64,000 nucleotides of DNA from Eledone cirrhosa. Its lineage: Eukaryota. This document shows, piece by piece, positions 14,854 through 28,024 of the stretch (positions are counted from its first letter, which is position 1; each line of letters begins with the position of its first letter). The notes under the pieces were generated by a model. It was not told the DNA's origin. It saw nothing but the letters and a program-made list of their open reading frames with translations, and made no database searches. The DNA is taken from NCBI GenBank assembly GCA_964016885.1, contig OZ024745.1:44454001-44518000 (forward strand), in the 5' to 3' direction. The position numbers and the translations under genes are program-made.

Positions 14854-15783
14854 TTATTTTAAATAAAACTAATACCAACAACTTCAGAAACACCACAATG
14901 TATTTATATATGGTCTCAGATCTCTTTGAAAATAGATTGAAACAATTTAAAGAAACATCATTTCAATACTGGACATGGCATTATCTAATGTTCCTTTGAA
15001 GAAACATTATTGCAATATCATACACACTGTTATCCAGGATTTGAAGAAACATCTTGAAACCATGGTATTTAGCTAGAGAGAATATCTTGATATCTTTATG
15101 GATGGACAGGTACTCCAGTTCACACCTGACTCTCACTTTTGGCTCCAGGGCATTTTTCAGCCACACCCCAAGAATTTCTTAAGGTGGCAGGTTAAACTTG
15201 GTGAGGGATTGGGTGCTTGGGGAAGCGATAGGCACTATTTCTAAAGCCCATTCAAATGCCAAGGTGGACGCACATTAAAACGTTTAGAGAGGCACTTCCA
15301 TTCCTGAGTACACCAGTTACAGAGGGATGGGAACCACCAAGTATTTCTAAGTCTCATGGACACAGTAAAACGTCTATGGAGGCCCCTCAAGGACTGGCTG
15401 CACTAATTATAGGCAGATGGGAACCACCAAGCATTTCTAAGACTCACTGAAATGTCAATGTTTATACTGTAGGAAAAAGGATAGGTGTACAGAAATGCCT
15501 TTCCTTTGTGCAGCTAAGAACAGAAACTAAAATTTTATATATTCATCAACAGTATTTACCCATATAGTGAAGACAAACTAGCTTCAAGCAGGAATCAAAA
15601 ATTATTTTGTGGAATCTTCTCTGTGGATTTTATTGTCAATAAATTCACTCTATTATTTTTTTTAATGAATTTAAATGAATCAATGTAACAACAAAAAATG
15701 AATTGGTTAACTTTTATTCAACAAAATTTAAAATTTTTGAGTTTATTATAAATTTAAAAAAATACAAAATTATTAGATTGTGG

Positions 15784-15818
<35 letters not shown>

Positions 15819-18037
15819 ATATATGCACAGACATACATATATATATAATAGTTTCTTTTTCTTTAAGAAGAAACTGTTATATATACAGAAATATGCATAT
15901 GCACAGACATTTATATAATAGTTTCTTTTTCCTTGTATTTGTTTTCTTTGATTGTGGCATTGAAAATTTGCATTCATTCAATAGGGTAGCCTTATAGCTT
16001 AGCGAAAGAACTAGTTTTCTTGTTTTAATTTTAAACTGAAGCCCTTAAACTTCACTTATACATTAAATGGAATATGAATAACATACTATTTCATCTGCCT
16101 CTATTGAACTGAGGTGTAGCAGCTATGTAACAATTCAACATTTGTTTAAAACAAAACGAAGAAAAAATATTTTAAATATTTTACAAGTTTTCTTCAGAAT
16201 AGAATTTTTACATTGTGTTGGAGTGTTGCATCCTCTCCTTTCTTTACTTTTATTCACACCTTTCCAGGATCACATTGGCTATGCTAATATAGACATTTAA
16301 GTATTAGAAATTTAAATATTAGTTTTTAACTTGCTTTATGACCAGATGACCCTTGGAAGATAGATTAAAACAAATAGATCTCCCTAACCAACAAGAAAAT
16401 ACAATACAAACTAATAAACCATTCGTTAAGGTATTTTGTGTCTTAATCCTACTCAACCAACCTATCTCTTCAAGCATTTGTTAGCATTGTACCTCCAATG
16501 CAACAATTACAGTCAGGAAATTTACTATATTCATTTTGCAACTGAGTTCATAAATCACATTGTTCATTTGTAGCTTGTTCACGGCTTTACACATTTGTGG
16601 CTGTTGTTGATGAGGTTTTTCGACTAAACAATAAATTGACAATGATCTATGGAAAAATCTTCTTATCAATGATACACCACAAACATATTGCTCCAGTTCA
16701 CTGAGCTGGTAAAAATGAGTTGCAACGAAGCTGTTATTAAGCTGTTTCAGCCATAGCTTTTCCTAGAGGGCAGACCAATATGCATAGATAACTGCTGGTT
16801 TTCCACAAAAACATCTTGTCTCCCTTTATAACCTTTTCAGGTAATAAACCTATTGTCAGTTATAACCAAAGGAGGCCCAAAATCAGATAGAAATTAAAAA
16901 CCTTAACAATAAGCCACGAATATGTAAATCGACAAACAAGCTTCAAATGACTAACGTGAATTATGAATTCAATTGCAAAGTGAAATTTGTAAATTTCATG
17001 ACAGTAACTGTTACATTGGCCAAAGTACAACTTTCTCTGTCAACTCACCTTGCACATAGAGCAAGGAACAATGTACTGTACCACAACACAAAACGAAACT
17101 ATATAGGAAAACATTAGTAGATAATGCATCCATACACTAGAGAATTCCTACAAAACCAAACAATGAATGATCTAAGTAATAGAACACTGCTAAAATAAAC
17201 ACAGACAATGTACACCAGTCACAAACAAAAATTATCATCCTGCCTAGTATAAAGAGGAAGCAACATCATTTTTTCCTGAAGATGAAATGAATATCTTGAT
17301 GATGGATTTAACATGTTTACTCTAAAGAACTCATTTAAAAATATATATTTTTTTATTTTTTGATAAAAATTATAAAACTAGAACACAATAGTGTGTTAAA
17401 TACATGTCATATATATATATACACACACACACACATAATGATAGTCCTTCATCAGAAAATAGGAGAAATAAAAGATGAAAGATAGAGAGTGATAAGAAGA
17501 AAGAATGGAAAAAAATTGTTTTGAAGAAAAAGCATGTGTATGTTCAGTCAGCTATATATATATATATATGGTTCCATTTGATTTTTTTCATAGAAAGAAT
17601 TTGTTCTTCCCGCTTCACACAATGACATAATTCTCCCTTGCATACATTTAACTCACCTCAAAAGAACATATTCACATGCTACCGTTATGTCTTTCTATTT
17701 TCTAAAAGCAATATTTGGTTGTAATTTTTTTTAAATATTTACTTCTGATTCTACAGATTGATATTTCTCTGTTTCAGATAATCCTGCTTAGAGTGAAAGC
17801 AGAAATTGTTTGCTTAAACTTTGAATCTGTGGTAATAATAAATATTTGCTCTACTGGTTTATATATACATATACTTATATGTATACAACCCTTATCAAAT
17901 CCTCTCTGGATTTTGGTCTTTGTATTTATTACTATTACTACTATATATATATATAAAATGAAGGAAGTGTGGTAAGGAACCAAATGGACCATAGCGCACC
18001 AGAGTACTCAATACTTAGGGTAGTAAAGTGGGTAATA

Positions 18038-18158
18038 GGAAAATGTTTAACCCCGACGGCAGAGCTCAAGCCGTTTCAACGGCTATTTCTGGACTATTTG
18101 CGTCCAGAAATAGCCGTCGAAACGGTTTGAGCTCTGCCGTCAGGGTTAAACATTTTCC
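18038..18158. repeat. Near-perfect GC-rich palindrome (~57-bp arms, 7-nt loop)
   Basis: ggaaaatgtttaaccccgacggcagagctcaa...tctggac tatttgc gtccaga...ttgagctctgccgtcagggttaaacattttcc. Confidence 0.92.
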
Positions 18159-18501
18159 CATATATATATATGTATGTAAAAGGTAAACAGAAATAACAAC
18201 ACAATCATTACAGTATATGGAAGGGGTATATTAGGTTGACACTTAATATAGCAGGAAGAGGGTCTTAATATTTCAGATGCTAGTCCTTCATCAGAAGAAA
18301 GAATGAGAAATAAGATAGATTGAGGGGACGGGCAGGTTGGAATTGATATATATATATATATAGTTGATAGTTGCTCTGTTGTTTATCAGTAAAAGTTGTG
18401 CAATGACTTCTTGTTGATAAGCAGGTATTAGTAGGTAGAGCACACCATGTCAGTTGTATCAATCCCACATAGAAGTGCTGATCAAATGTAACAGAGTTAT
18501 C

Positions 18502-18680
18502 ATGTATGAAATAAACATTAAGACAGAAGTTACATGATTATATTTATTATCATATGTATTTCTGTTGTACCGGCATGGAGCTGTTGTGCAATCGTTACAT
18601 CACTGACCTGCACTGGTGTCACAGAAATATGTATAATAAATATGATTATGTAACTTCTGTCTTAACATTTATTTCATACA
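18502..18680. repeat. Imperfect palindrome (~180 bp)
   Basis: atgtatgaaataaa..ttaagacagaagttacat ... atgtaacttctgtcttaa..tttatttcatacat. Confidence 0.8.
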
Positions 18681-20382
18681 TATATATATATACAGACACA
18701 CACACATCCACACACCTTCATACATACATTTAAAAAAAAAGCATCTCCTCCAACACTTATGACAAGAACTAAGGAACAGAGTATATATTTGTTTCTTAGT
18801 GCCGGTTTGAAGCATTCAATGATAGATAGAAACACATAAAATAGACATAAATGCTTTAACCAGATATGAGTTTTCTTTTTCTTCGCTGTTCTGCAGGAAT
18901 TATTTACAAATGATATATGAGAAATATCCAAAAGAAAAAAAAAATGATTGCTTGCATCTCATAATTCACTGGTCCTAAAATTAAATGAAAAGAAAAAGCA
19001 GGCTTTGTAAAAATACAATTTTAATGGAGATCATTGTTAAATTTTATGCAATAAAATATATCAATAATATATACATTAAATATGACTATCACCCTTGACT
19101 AACTGCTTCCTTCTAGCACCAGTTGCCATTGAGTTACCAGGTTTCCCCAGTCTTTGAACTGTTGTTTTTCCCTTACAAAATTGGGAGGTGAGCATCCCAC
19201 ATGAGAAAAGAGCTCTGTGATGTGAAGAAGTTGATGCAGCAGGTGTCACTGGCTGTTCTCCACTGCAATGTCCACTAAGACTGGGGTGTAGAGTTTAATG
19301 ATTGGCAGTTCATGGAGCTGGAAATATTCTTCCCACCACCGTAAACAATATACATTCCTCTTAATTCCCTCTTCTCTCAATCTGATATGCACACCATCTT
19401 ACTCTCTCAACTATCCTATCCACTCTATCTCATATGATTCTCATGTGAATCACTTTTTTCCCTTCCTCCTTGTGTTCAAACTCTCTTCACCACACAGCCA
19501 ACTAAACAAGGGGTAGCTCTGAATCGGTCTGATTTCCACTACTCTCTAATGCCCACTCTCCCACTCCCTATCCCACATTCATTGCTCTATTCTAACCATA
19601 TAAAGAGAATACTCTCAATCTTCTGTATATCCAATCCAATTCCTCCCTCCTGCCTCCAATCCAAATAATGTATTCTCCAACCCCCCACCACAACCCCAAC
19701 TGTGGTAGGCCATCATTCTATCTTCTCAAGGTCTTCCCTAACAATATGCATCACCCAATACTATTATTGCTCGCCCTATTTCTTCTCATGCCACTCTCTC
19801 TTGGTAACAAATATGTAGCTACCTCTGTACCACCACAATACCTTTTAAATCATACTTTCACTCATTCTATCCCATTACAGACTCTCTTTGCCCTGACAAG
19901 GTCACAATGAGTTATTTAGTGTTGACATCACAATAACATGCTCTATTATACACTCTGTAAAGTGGTAATTTTAATGCCATGATAAAGCACACTCGCTATA
20001 CTATGTAAGGTGGTTGGTGTTAGGAAGGGCATCCAACCATAGAAACCATGCCAAATATGGTCAGTATGATCAAGACAATGGCATCCACCCATAGAAACCA
20101 TGCCAAATATGGTCTGTATGATCAAGACAAGGGTATCCAACAATGTTTTGTCTGAGAGCATGATGAGCCACCCAAGACATGCTAGCATAGAAAACGTCAT
20201 GGTAGAGTCATTAATGTGTTGGATATTTGTTCCAGATCTCTGAGTTCAATTTCTGCTGCGGTCTACTTTGTTTTCATCCTTTTGAGTGAATAAAGAAAGT
20301 AAGTAATAATTTTCATATATTTCTGAAATGCATATTCCAATAATTTTTTTTTTAATAATTTTTATATGAAACAAAATTTATC

Positions 20383-20973
20383 TTACTTTTCTGTTAAAGG
20401 TACATTTTCATCCAAATCTTCCTCACATTCATTTGTATGTACATTTGTTTTTGAATCTTTATCATCTGCAACTTCTTCCTCTTCTTTATGAGCAGCTTCT
20501 TCACTATCTTTTGTATCTTCATCTGCATCATCACTACCATATGTTTTATGTTCAGTTTCATTAATGCCTACAACTATAACGTTTTCTCCATTTTCTTCTT
20601 CATTTTCTATATTTTCTATATCTTCTAGAGCTTTTTCTATATCTGCTTCAAAAGCTTTTTCTATATCTTCTTCAGGCACACTTTCTATATCTGCTTCGAC
20701 AGTTTTTCTTATAACTTCTTCAGGCACTTTTTCTATATCTGCTCCAAGAGCTTTTTCTATATCCTCTTCTTGAAATGTTTTTCTATGTTCTTTTGCATCT
20801 TTTCCAGTATCTATTTCTGTAGAGTTTTCATCAACTTCTATTTTTTCCTTTTTTTCCTCTTTGATTTCCTTCTTCTTATTGTCTTCATCCTTGTTAATTT
20901 TTAGCATGTCTTTTAAATTAAATTTCTCCACTATTGCTTTTTTAACACAATTATTAATTAAGATATACTGGTC
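20383..20973 (-). CDS. RPTP last identified exon: end of PTP domain (DQYILINNCV) plus Glu/Asp-rich repetitive tail
   Basis: ttttag acceptor at 20975-20974. QY motif follows MVQNV. Open to TAA at 20385-20383, which overlaps a possible aa|gtaaga donor. Confidence 0.82.
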   Translation of the reverse strand, partial: DQYILINNCVKKAIVEKFNLKDMLKINKDEDNKKKEIKEEKKEKIEVDENSTEIDTGKDAKEHRKTFQEEDIEKALGADIEKVPEEVIRKTVEADIESVPEEDIEKAFEADIEKALEDIENIENEEENGENVIVVGINETEHKTYGSDDADEDTKDSEEAAHKEEEEVADDKDSKTNVHTNECEEDLDENVPLTEK

Positions 20974-21322
20974 CTAAAAATATAAAAGAAACATTTTCTT
21001 TTCATTAAAATAAATATATATATAAAATATATATATATAATATATAAATTTTCATTAAAATAAATATATATATAAACTATATATATATAATATATAAATA
21101 AAAGAGTTGGGAAGACTTTACTGCTGTGTTGAATGCATGACAACTTCCTTAGTGTTGGTGCCATGATAAAATGTACCCTGATAAACTCTGCAGAGTGAGA
21201 GGATATATGTGGGTGAAAAGCAGGCCACACAAGAGGCCAGTAACTCCGATTTTGGTCTATGAAGACCCATCCAACCCTTGCTTGTAGGGAAAACAGTTAA
21301 GTGATAATAATAATGGTGATGA

Positions 21323-21357
<35 letters not shown>

Positions 21358-21942
21358 ATATGATCATTTCTTAAACTAAGAATTCAATCTAATTTAGATG
21401 TTTCATAAGACCTGAGCACACCTGAGAAATGGAACTTATTTCACATGTTCATGGTGTAAGGTAGATTTAAAGTAAATCTCCCTTGGAATAGATACCATTC
21501 TATCACCAATAATAATCATTGAGGTTTTGATACCAATTCCAGATAGGTGACCTAAGATTATATAATATAAAGGGGTCTGAATAAAAACATAATAAAATGT
21601 CTTCAGTGGATTTCAACTTACAACCAACCTATAAATTTGATTCTATATGACGTTAGATTAAATGTTTTTTAAGGTTTGTTTTGTCTTAGTGGCTCATTTT
21701 TAGGAGTTTCTAGTTCAAGAATGCAAAGAAGGGGTGAAGCATGGCCTGTTACACAATGTGGTCATAGTCACTGCAGAAAATAATAGTTTTATTGTACAAA
21801 AATTACTTAATATGATAATGTCTGTTTTTCCCATACTAGTGGCTGGTGTGGGTCTGTGGTTATTTTACAGAATATAGGGATGTGGGTTTATTAAGAATTA
21901 TAAAATTATGAGTTTGTTAAGAGGAAAAAGAATCATACTTAC

Positions 21943-22087
21943 TACATTTTGTACCATTTGTGGTCGGTTTTCTCTCATCTTATAAACAAATGAAAACACA
22001 TCAATATCATCATTCAAATTATGGTCTCTCACATATTGCAGCATATAGTCAACAGCAATCAGGGTTCCAGTGCGACCAACACCAGCA
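21943..22087 (-). CDS. RPTP exon: (S)[40 protein letters not shown]
   Basis: P-loop AGVGRTG and Q-loop MVQ. tttcag acceptor, gtaagt donor. Phase 2 to 0. Confidence 0.95.
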
Positions 22088-22205
22088 CTGAAATTGTATA
22101 ATTTGAAGAAATAAGGAGAAAATAATGCATATTTCTATGAAGATATTAGTATTATATAGTGTTATAGTAGAAATACATAACTACTGGGTTATCAAGAATA
22201 AACAA

Positions 22206-25180
22206 GGGCCTGGCTACTGGAAGCTGAACGCATCGTTCCTGGCGCGCAAAGCTTACAGAGACTGGATTAGCGAATTAGTTAAGTATGCGTTGACGGGTGC
22301 GATCGTCAACAACAGGTGGTGGTGTACCCTGAAAAGGGCTATTAGAGTAGAATCGATAAGGTTTAGCAAAGGAGTAGTGATAGAGGAAAATAGAGTAGAG
22401 GGAGAGTTAGTTAGAAAGCTAGAAGAGGCGTTTAGGACAGGCATCGCAACCGACGTGCTTGCAGCGAGATTGGCACTTGACCAATTCTTCAACACAAAGC
22501 ATGAAGGCTGCGTTGTCAGAGCTAGAGTGCATGCTCTAAGACACGAGGGTATGAAAGCCGTTCAATGGGCCTGGGTGGTGGAGGCGCAACGTGGCAACAA
22601 GTCCACAATTCGGTCATTGCCTGATCAAAACGGGTGCATGTTGCTCGAACCCGAACAGATGTGTGTGGCTTTTCAACAGCACTTTGCTCAATTGTTCGGG
22701 ATCAGCAGCAGGCCGGATCGGAGTATGGACTTTGGTGCATACCTCGACGGACTGCCACGGCTCTCAACGACCGCAGCGCAGTGCTGTGAAAAGCCGATAA
22801 CACATAACAGCAGGAGAAATACAGGAAGCAATGTCTGACTGCACGAGGGGTAAATCGCCAGGTTTGGATGGTCTGCTCCTCGAGCTTTATGCGTATATGT
22901 CAGACTTGTTCGGCAACCTCTTGGCAGATGTCTACTGCAAATGGCAGCAGAATGGGAGCATTCCCAGTTTTGAGAGCCGGGGAGCGGTGGCGCTGCTGAG
23001 AAAAGACCTGAACAAAGGAGACGTTATAGACAACTTCAGGCCCATAACTCTGCTAAACGCAGAGTTTAAGATTTTGGCCAAGGTGTTAGCAAAGTGATTG
23101 GCACTTGTCGTCGGTGATCTGGTGGGAGAGACACAGGCATGCACTATCCCGGACAGATCCATCCACGACAACCTCCATCTCATGCGATACATCATAGAGA
23201 GGGTGGTTAAGGAATCTAGCACGGGTGGGGCCCTGATCAATTTGGATCAATCTAAAGCATTTGATAGGGTCGACCATCGGTACCTGGCTGCGGTCCTCGA
23301 GGCAGCAGGCTTCAGGCCCGTTTTGAGGGGCTGGATTGCTGTGATGCACAGCGACATCTGCTCGATTGTGAGGGTGAATGGTCACCTGTCGCAGCCTTTC
23401 AGCATCATGCGCTCGGTCCTCCAGGGTTGCCCCCTCTCGTCCCCCTTGTATGTACTGGCCCTAGAGCCATTATTGCACAAATTGGAGACGATGAGGGGGG
23501 TCCCACGTGAACTGGGATGTTGGAGATCCATGTCAGCTTATGCCGACGACGTCACCGTGGTGGTGTCGAGCACCAAACATGTCCAGATGCTCAGCACCAC
23601 TCTCAAGGAATATGAAGTGGTGACAGGAGCAAAGATAAACCAGGAAAAGTCGGTGGGCTTGCAACTCGGCACCTGGAGAGGCAAGTCCATGCCGTTCAAC
23701 AGTGTTGTGGGGCACTGGACGGAAGGACCGGTTAAATTGCTTGTGGTCTGGTTCGGTCCGGACCTCCAGATGGAGAAAAACTGGAGCGAGGTGGCCTCTC
23801 TCACCCAGAAATGGGCTGAGAAGAGGCTGTCTCTAAAAGGTCGGGCGGAGGTGCCAAATGCGTACATAGCGTCCGTCATCTGCTACCGCCTGACCGCCGT
23901 ACCTTGCCCCCCGCCCAACTCTGACCAAAATGGAGCCCCTTCTCTTCCGCTTTTTGTGGAAGGGACAAGCTCCCATGGTCAGACAATCCATTTGCTGTCA
24001 ACACCCATTGCGTGGAGGACTAGGCATGCCGTGGCTGATGATGCGCAAACATGCGCTGAGGCTGCAACATCTCTGGTGCTTCCTTGACGGTCAACAGGTG
24101 TGGTCGCCGTTTGCCAGATGCGCTTTTCCCCAGCTCGTCTCCTTGACAGAGCTGCAGTCTTGGATCAGGAAAAGACCGAGGGATAGTGCTTGGAAACTGG
24201 AATGTCTCCAAGCACTCACAGCCCTCTACTAGCTGGGCACTAGTATCGGTGGAACATCCACCTCAGTGTTCTATAGAGGGCTAGTGGAGGGAAGAGTGAC
24301 AACGTTCTCGGGGAGACCCTGGGCGTCAAAGACGATCAGCTGTTCGCTCCATTCAATAGAACTTTCAGACCAGGGTCTATGGACAACTTCCAGAAATCCC
24401 TGGCCTGGCAGTGCTACCGGGGAGCATTGCCGGTTTGGGATAAGCTCTACAGGCACGGAGGTGCTGTCAGCCAAGCCTGTCCAAGATGCGCGCAGGGCGA
24501 ACAAACCGTGCTGCACGCACTCGTTCAGTGCCTGAGGATTGCTGACTTGTGGAGCTATGTCGAACAGCTGCTGTCGCGTGTAGGATCGATCCAGTTATCG
24601 ACTGAGTCCATTGTGCAGATAGCCCCGCCATCCTCCTTTAAGGAGGAGGAAGGGCAGGCAGTTTTCATCTGCCTGGTGGCCATGGCGAAAGAGATTGTGT
24701 GGTGGACAAGGTTGAAAGGGTTGAAGACGGACACTTTCCTCTCTGGCCAATCCCTGATTAACTTTTTCAAGTTTCACTTGAAGAGGAAAATCAGGGTGGA
24801 GAGGCAAGTGCTGTCTTCTAGTAAGTTTGTTGAAAGGTGGGTGAAAGTGGCGAGTCTGGTCCGAGTGAACAGGCCCGCTCTGAGTATACGTCTGTAGACT
24901 GACGAGTGGGAAAAGTGAGAGAGGGCGCTTGCCCTGGTGGTCAGGGTGGCCGTGGTCTTTTGTGTGATTTTCCTCACGAGTGACCCTCGGAGGTTTCTCC
25001 CTTCTTGGGGAATTTTTGCTGTTTGAATTCTTTTGGATTTCTAGCCCGATTTTGTTATAACCTGTTTACACGACCAAAACCCACTTTGTATCGTCCTGTA
25101 CTGTTCTGAGCCGTCTCTAATGTTTTTTCTTCATGTCAGCCCTTGTGGCCAATATAGAAATCATTATTATTATTATTATT
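22206..25180 (+). mobile_element. 5'-truncated L1/Tx1-clade LINE (ORF2 remnant with stops and frameshifts)
   Basis: GPGYWKLN, KSPGLDGL, NFRPITLLN, DQSKAFDRV, QGCPLS, YADD and CPRC..ETVLHALVQC. 3' UTR ends aatatagaaatc(att)n. Confidence 0.93.
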
Positions 25181-25788
25181 CGTCCAGTGTCCGAGCATTG
25201 CTGACTTGTGGGTTTATGTCGAACACCTGCGTGTAGGACGGATCCAGCTATCAGCTGAGTCCATCGTGAGGATTGCCCCGCCCTCTTCCTTTAGCCGGGA
25301 AGGGCAGGCAGTTTTTATCTGTCTGGTGGCCATGGCGAAAGAGATAGTATGGTGGACACGTTTGAAAGGGCTGAAGACGAGCACTTACCTCTTCGGTGAT
25401 GCCCTGATTAACTTTTTCAAATTTCATTTGAAAAGGAAAATCAGGGTAGAGAGGGAAGTGCTCTCTTCCCAGCATTTTGTTGAAAGATGGGTGAGAGAGG
25501 CAAGTATGGCCCGAATGAATGGGCCTTCTCTGAGTATGTGTCTGTAAATTAAAGGTGGAAAACTGGGAGAGGGCACTTGCCCTGGTGGTCAGGGTCACTG
25601 TGGTCTTTTAATGGGCTTTCTCCACAAATGTCCCTCGGAAGTCTCCCCCCTATTGGGGAATTTTTCTTTGTTATTTTATTACATCCTCTGTTTTTTACAC
25701 GCAGAAATGCCCATTTGTACCGTCCTGTACTGTCCTGTACTGTCCTTAATGTCTACTTTATGTAAACCCTTGTGGTTAATAAAGAAAA

Positions 25789-25827
<39 letters not shown>
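25181..25827 (+). mobile_element. Tx1 3'-end fragment
   Basis: ORF2 C-terminus (25206-25547), 3' UTR, aataaagaaaac(att)n. Confidence 0.9.
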
Positions 25828-26053
25828 GGCCGCACATGTGTGAAGACAGTACAAATCTGCGGGGGAAAAGGTTCGTAACTTTAAGCTGTTTTAAAGTGTC
25901 TTTTTTTTGTATTTTCTTGTCATTAACGAAACTTAAGGTACACATCTTGATTTAAAGAGAGGGATACCTCTCAATATTCGGGCTTTAAGCCCAAATATTC
26001 AAATTCATTTTTAAAAACTTCGAAAAAAATCGCTTCCCCACCAAAAGAAAATT

Positions 26054-27787
26054 ATGGAAATTTTCGACCTTGAAACGGTAAACAACGTTCAGGTCAAAAG
26101 TTTAAAGGCAGCCACTGTAGATTTCACCACGGCTACGACGGCTACAGTCATGCCTGTCATCCACTCTACTGAATGTGAAGGCAAAACTCAAAAGCTACCA
26201 TCACAACCTTCTGCCATAGCAGCAGTATCATCTGAAAACGACATCACCATCACCGCCACCACCACCACCACAATAACAACAACTCAGAGCAATAACGACA
26301 ATAACACCTACAGCTTCAATGTAAACAAGGATGGCGGTGGCAACAGCAAGAATGACAACAACAACAATAAGAGCATCAGAAACACCACATTTGCGGCAGC
26401 AGCAGCAAAAACAAAGCGCTTATTGAATATTGATATTAGCGATAAAGACGAACAGTTGGCCAAAGCGTGGAGGCTAATTAAACGGGAGAAGTCCTGGGCA
26501 AACCTGACCATCCCGGACGGGGCAATAGCGGCCATGCAAAGGAGGATGGTGCTCTTTCGATGTATTTCGGTGCAGACACGAAAAGCGGAACTTGCGAGCC
26601 AAGCAGAGGTAGAGGCTGCTTTGGAGTACATCGGAAGTAACATAGAGTAAAAAGCAAGAGGCAAACAGTTCGGTACCATCTCGGTACTGTTCAAAACCGA
26701 GGCCCTCGCTATTAAGCACTCGGTGACCCCCTGCAGAACGGAACGCATTATCATGCATCCGTCCTATATGGGTAAAAGGACAGTGAAGGTACGCATTCCC
26801 AGCATCCCACCAGGAATGAACATATGGTGGCTGCTGGGATGCGTAATCGAGGAGGGGACAGACACTACCCTCCTGGACATCAAAAGGACAGAGAGAGAGG
26901 ACTGGTCCGGAATGGATTTGGAGATTCTTCTCCAAATTAAACCGGAGGATATGAATAACATCCCGGATTTTGCCCGCCTGCAGGACGGGACAACAATCCA
27001 ACTAATGATTGACAGAAGAAGGCCACGCTGCTTCGTCTGCGGGGAAGCAACGCATCTTCAAGCCTTCTGCCCTCAGTGCAAAAATGCAGGGTGTCACAAA
27101 CCTCCTTTGTTGCCAACGCCAGTGTCAGCACGGAAAGCTGCACCACCACCACCACCAAAAACATCATCAACAAAAACACAGACACCAACATCAAAAGCAG
27201 CCGGATCACCACCAACACCAAAACCAATCCAAGGAGAAAACGAAAGCTCTCCCACTCCCCCTACCCCCCCCCCAATTATACACATAGACAAAACAATAAA
27301 CGCACACACAGACACAGAGACACTCACAGCCACAGACCCTTTGTCTTCCAGCAGCGAAGATGAAGGAAAACCCAAAAGTGCAAAAAAACAGAGAAAACTC
27401 ACAAAAAAAAAGCCCCAACAAAACACAAAAACACACACAACAAAAAATACAGACACCACTAGCGCAAACACTTCCCCAATAACATCATCACCAACAGCAA
27501 CATCGACACCACCTCCACAATCCCCGAAACGCAAACAACCTAAACAAACACAAGTACAAATAAACACACAAATACCTGAAATTGCAGACACCACACCTAC
27601 AACAAACATAGACATACCCGAAACAACACCACCAAAACCATCGCCACCACCTTCACCAAAACGAAAACAAATAAAACCACACCAACAAAATGTTAAAAAC
27701 TTTGTGCTTGTCAGAAGGGCCAACGATAACCTGATGGCCCTCTTAGCGCGAAGCGAGGACATTCAAACAGAAGGGGAGATTTTTTAA
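26054..27787 (+). pseudogene. Tx1 ORF1 (gag-like; CCHC knuckle CFVCGEATHLQAFC; Pro/Thr/Lys-rich tail), one in-frame stop at 26648-26650
   Basis: ORFs 26054-26650 and 26723-27787 share a frame. TTFAAAAAK motif and a C-x2-C-x4-H-x4-C knuckle. Confidence 0.85.
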
Positions 27788-28024
27788 ATGAGCACATTTT
27801 GCGTGCCAGAAGATTTGCTTCTGGTCCGAATGTCACTCAATTCCTTCAAAGAAATTCGAGAGAGCTTTCCTCAAGACGTGGGAACCCCAAATGTGAAATC
27901 CACATCAAGACTTTGAAAGGGGTTCCCAAAAGAAACCCCACCAACCATGGAGGTCGAACCACCCGACCTTCACAAGACCCGGGAGGTAAGTAAACCTTCC
28001 CTCTCTCTCTCTTAGCTTACCAAT

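Noticed and set aside
18255-18300. Minus-strand hammerhead (ctt CTGATGA agga..atct GAAA tatt aag), with a partial copy at ~17440
   Set aside because: The GAAAC-GUH core has decayed to GAAAT-AUU and stem II is weak. At most a dead relic.
17735-18895. Extra RPTP 3' exons at ~18851-18890 and ~17735-17783 (minus strand)
   Set aside because: Plausible acceptors exist, but I could not build a convincing phase-consistent path from the 20387 donor. This needs cDNA.
27094-27762. 222-aa antisense ORF and other antisense ORFs within LINEs
   Set aside because: Shadows of A/C-rich or coding sequence on the opposite strand, with no independent motifs.
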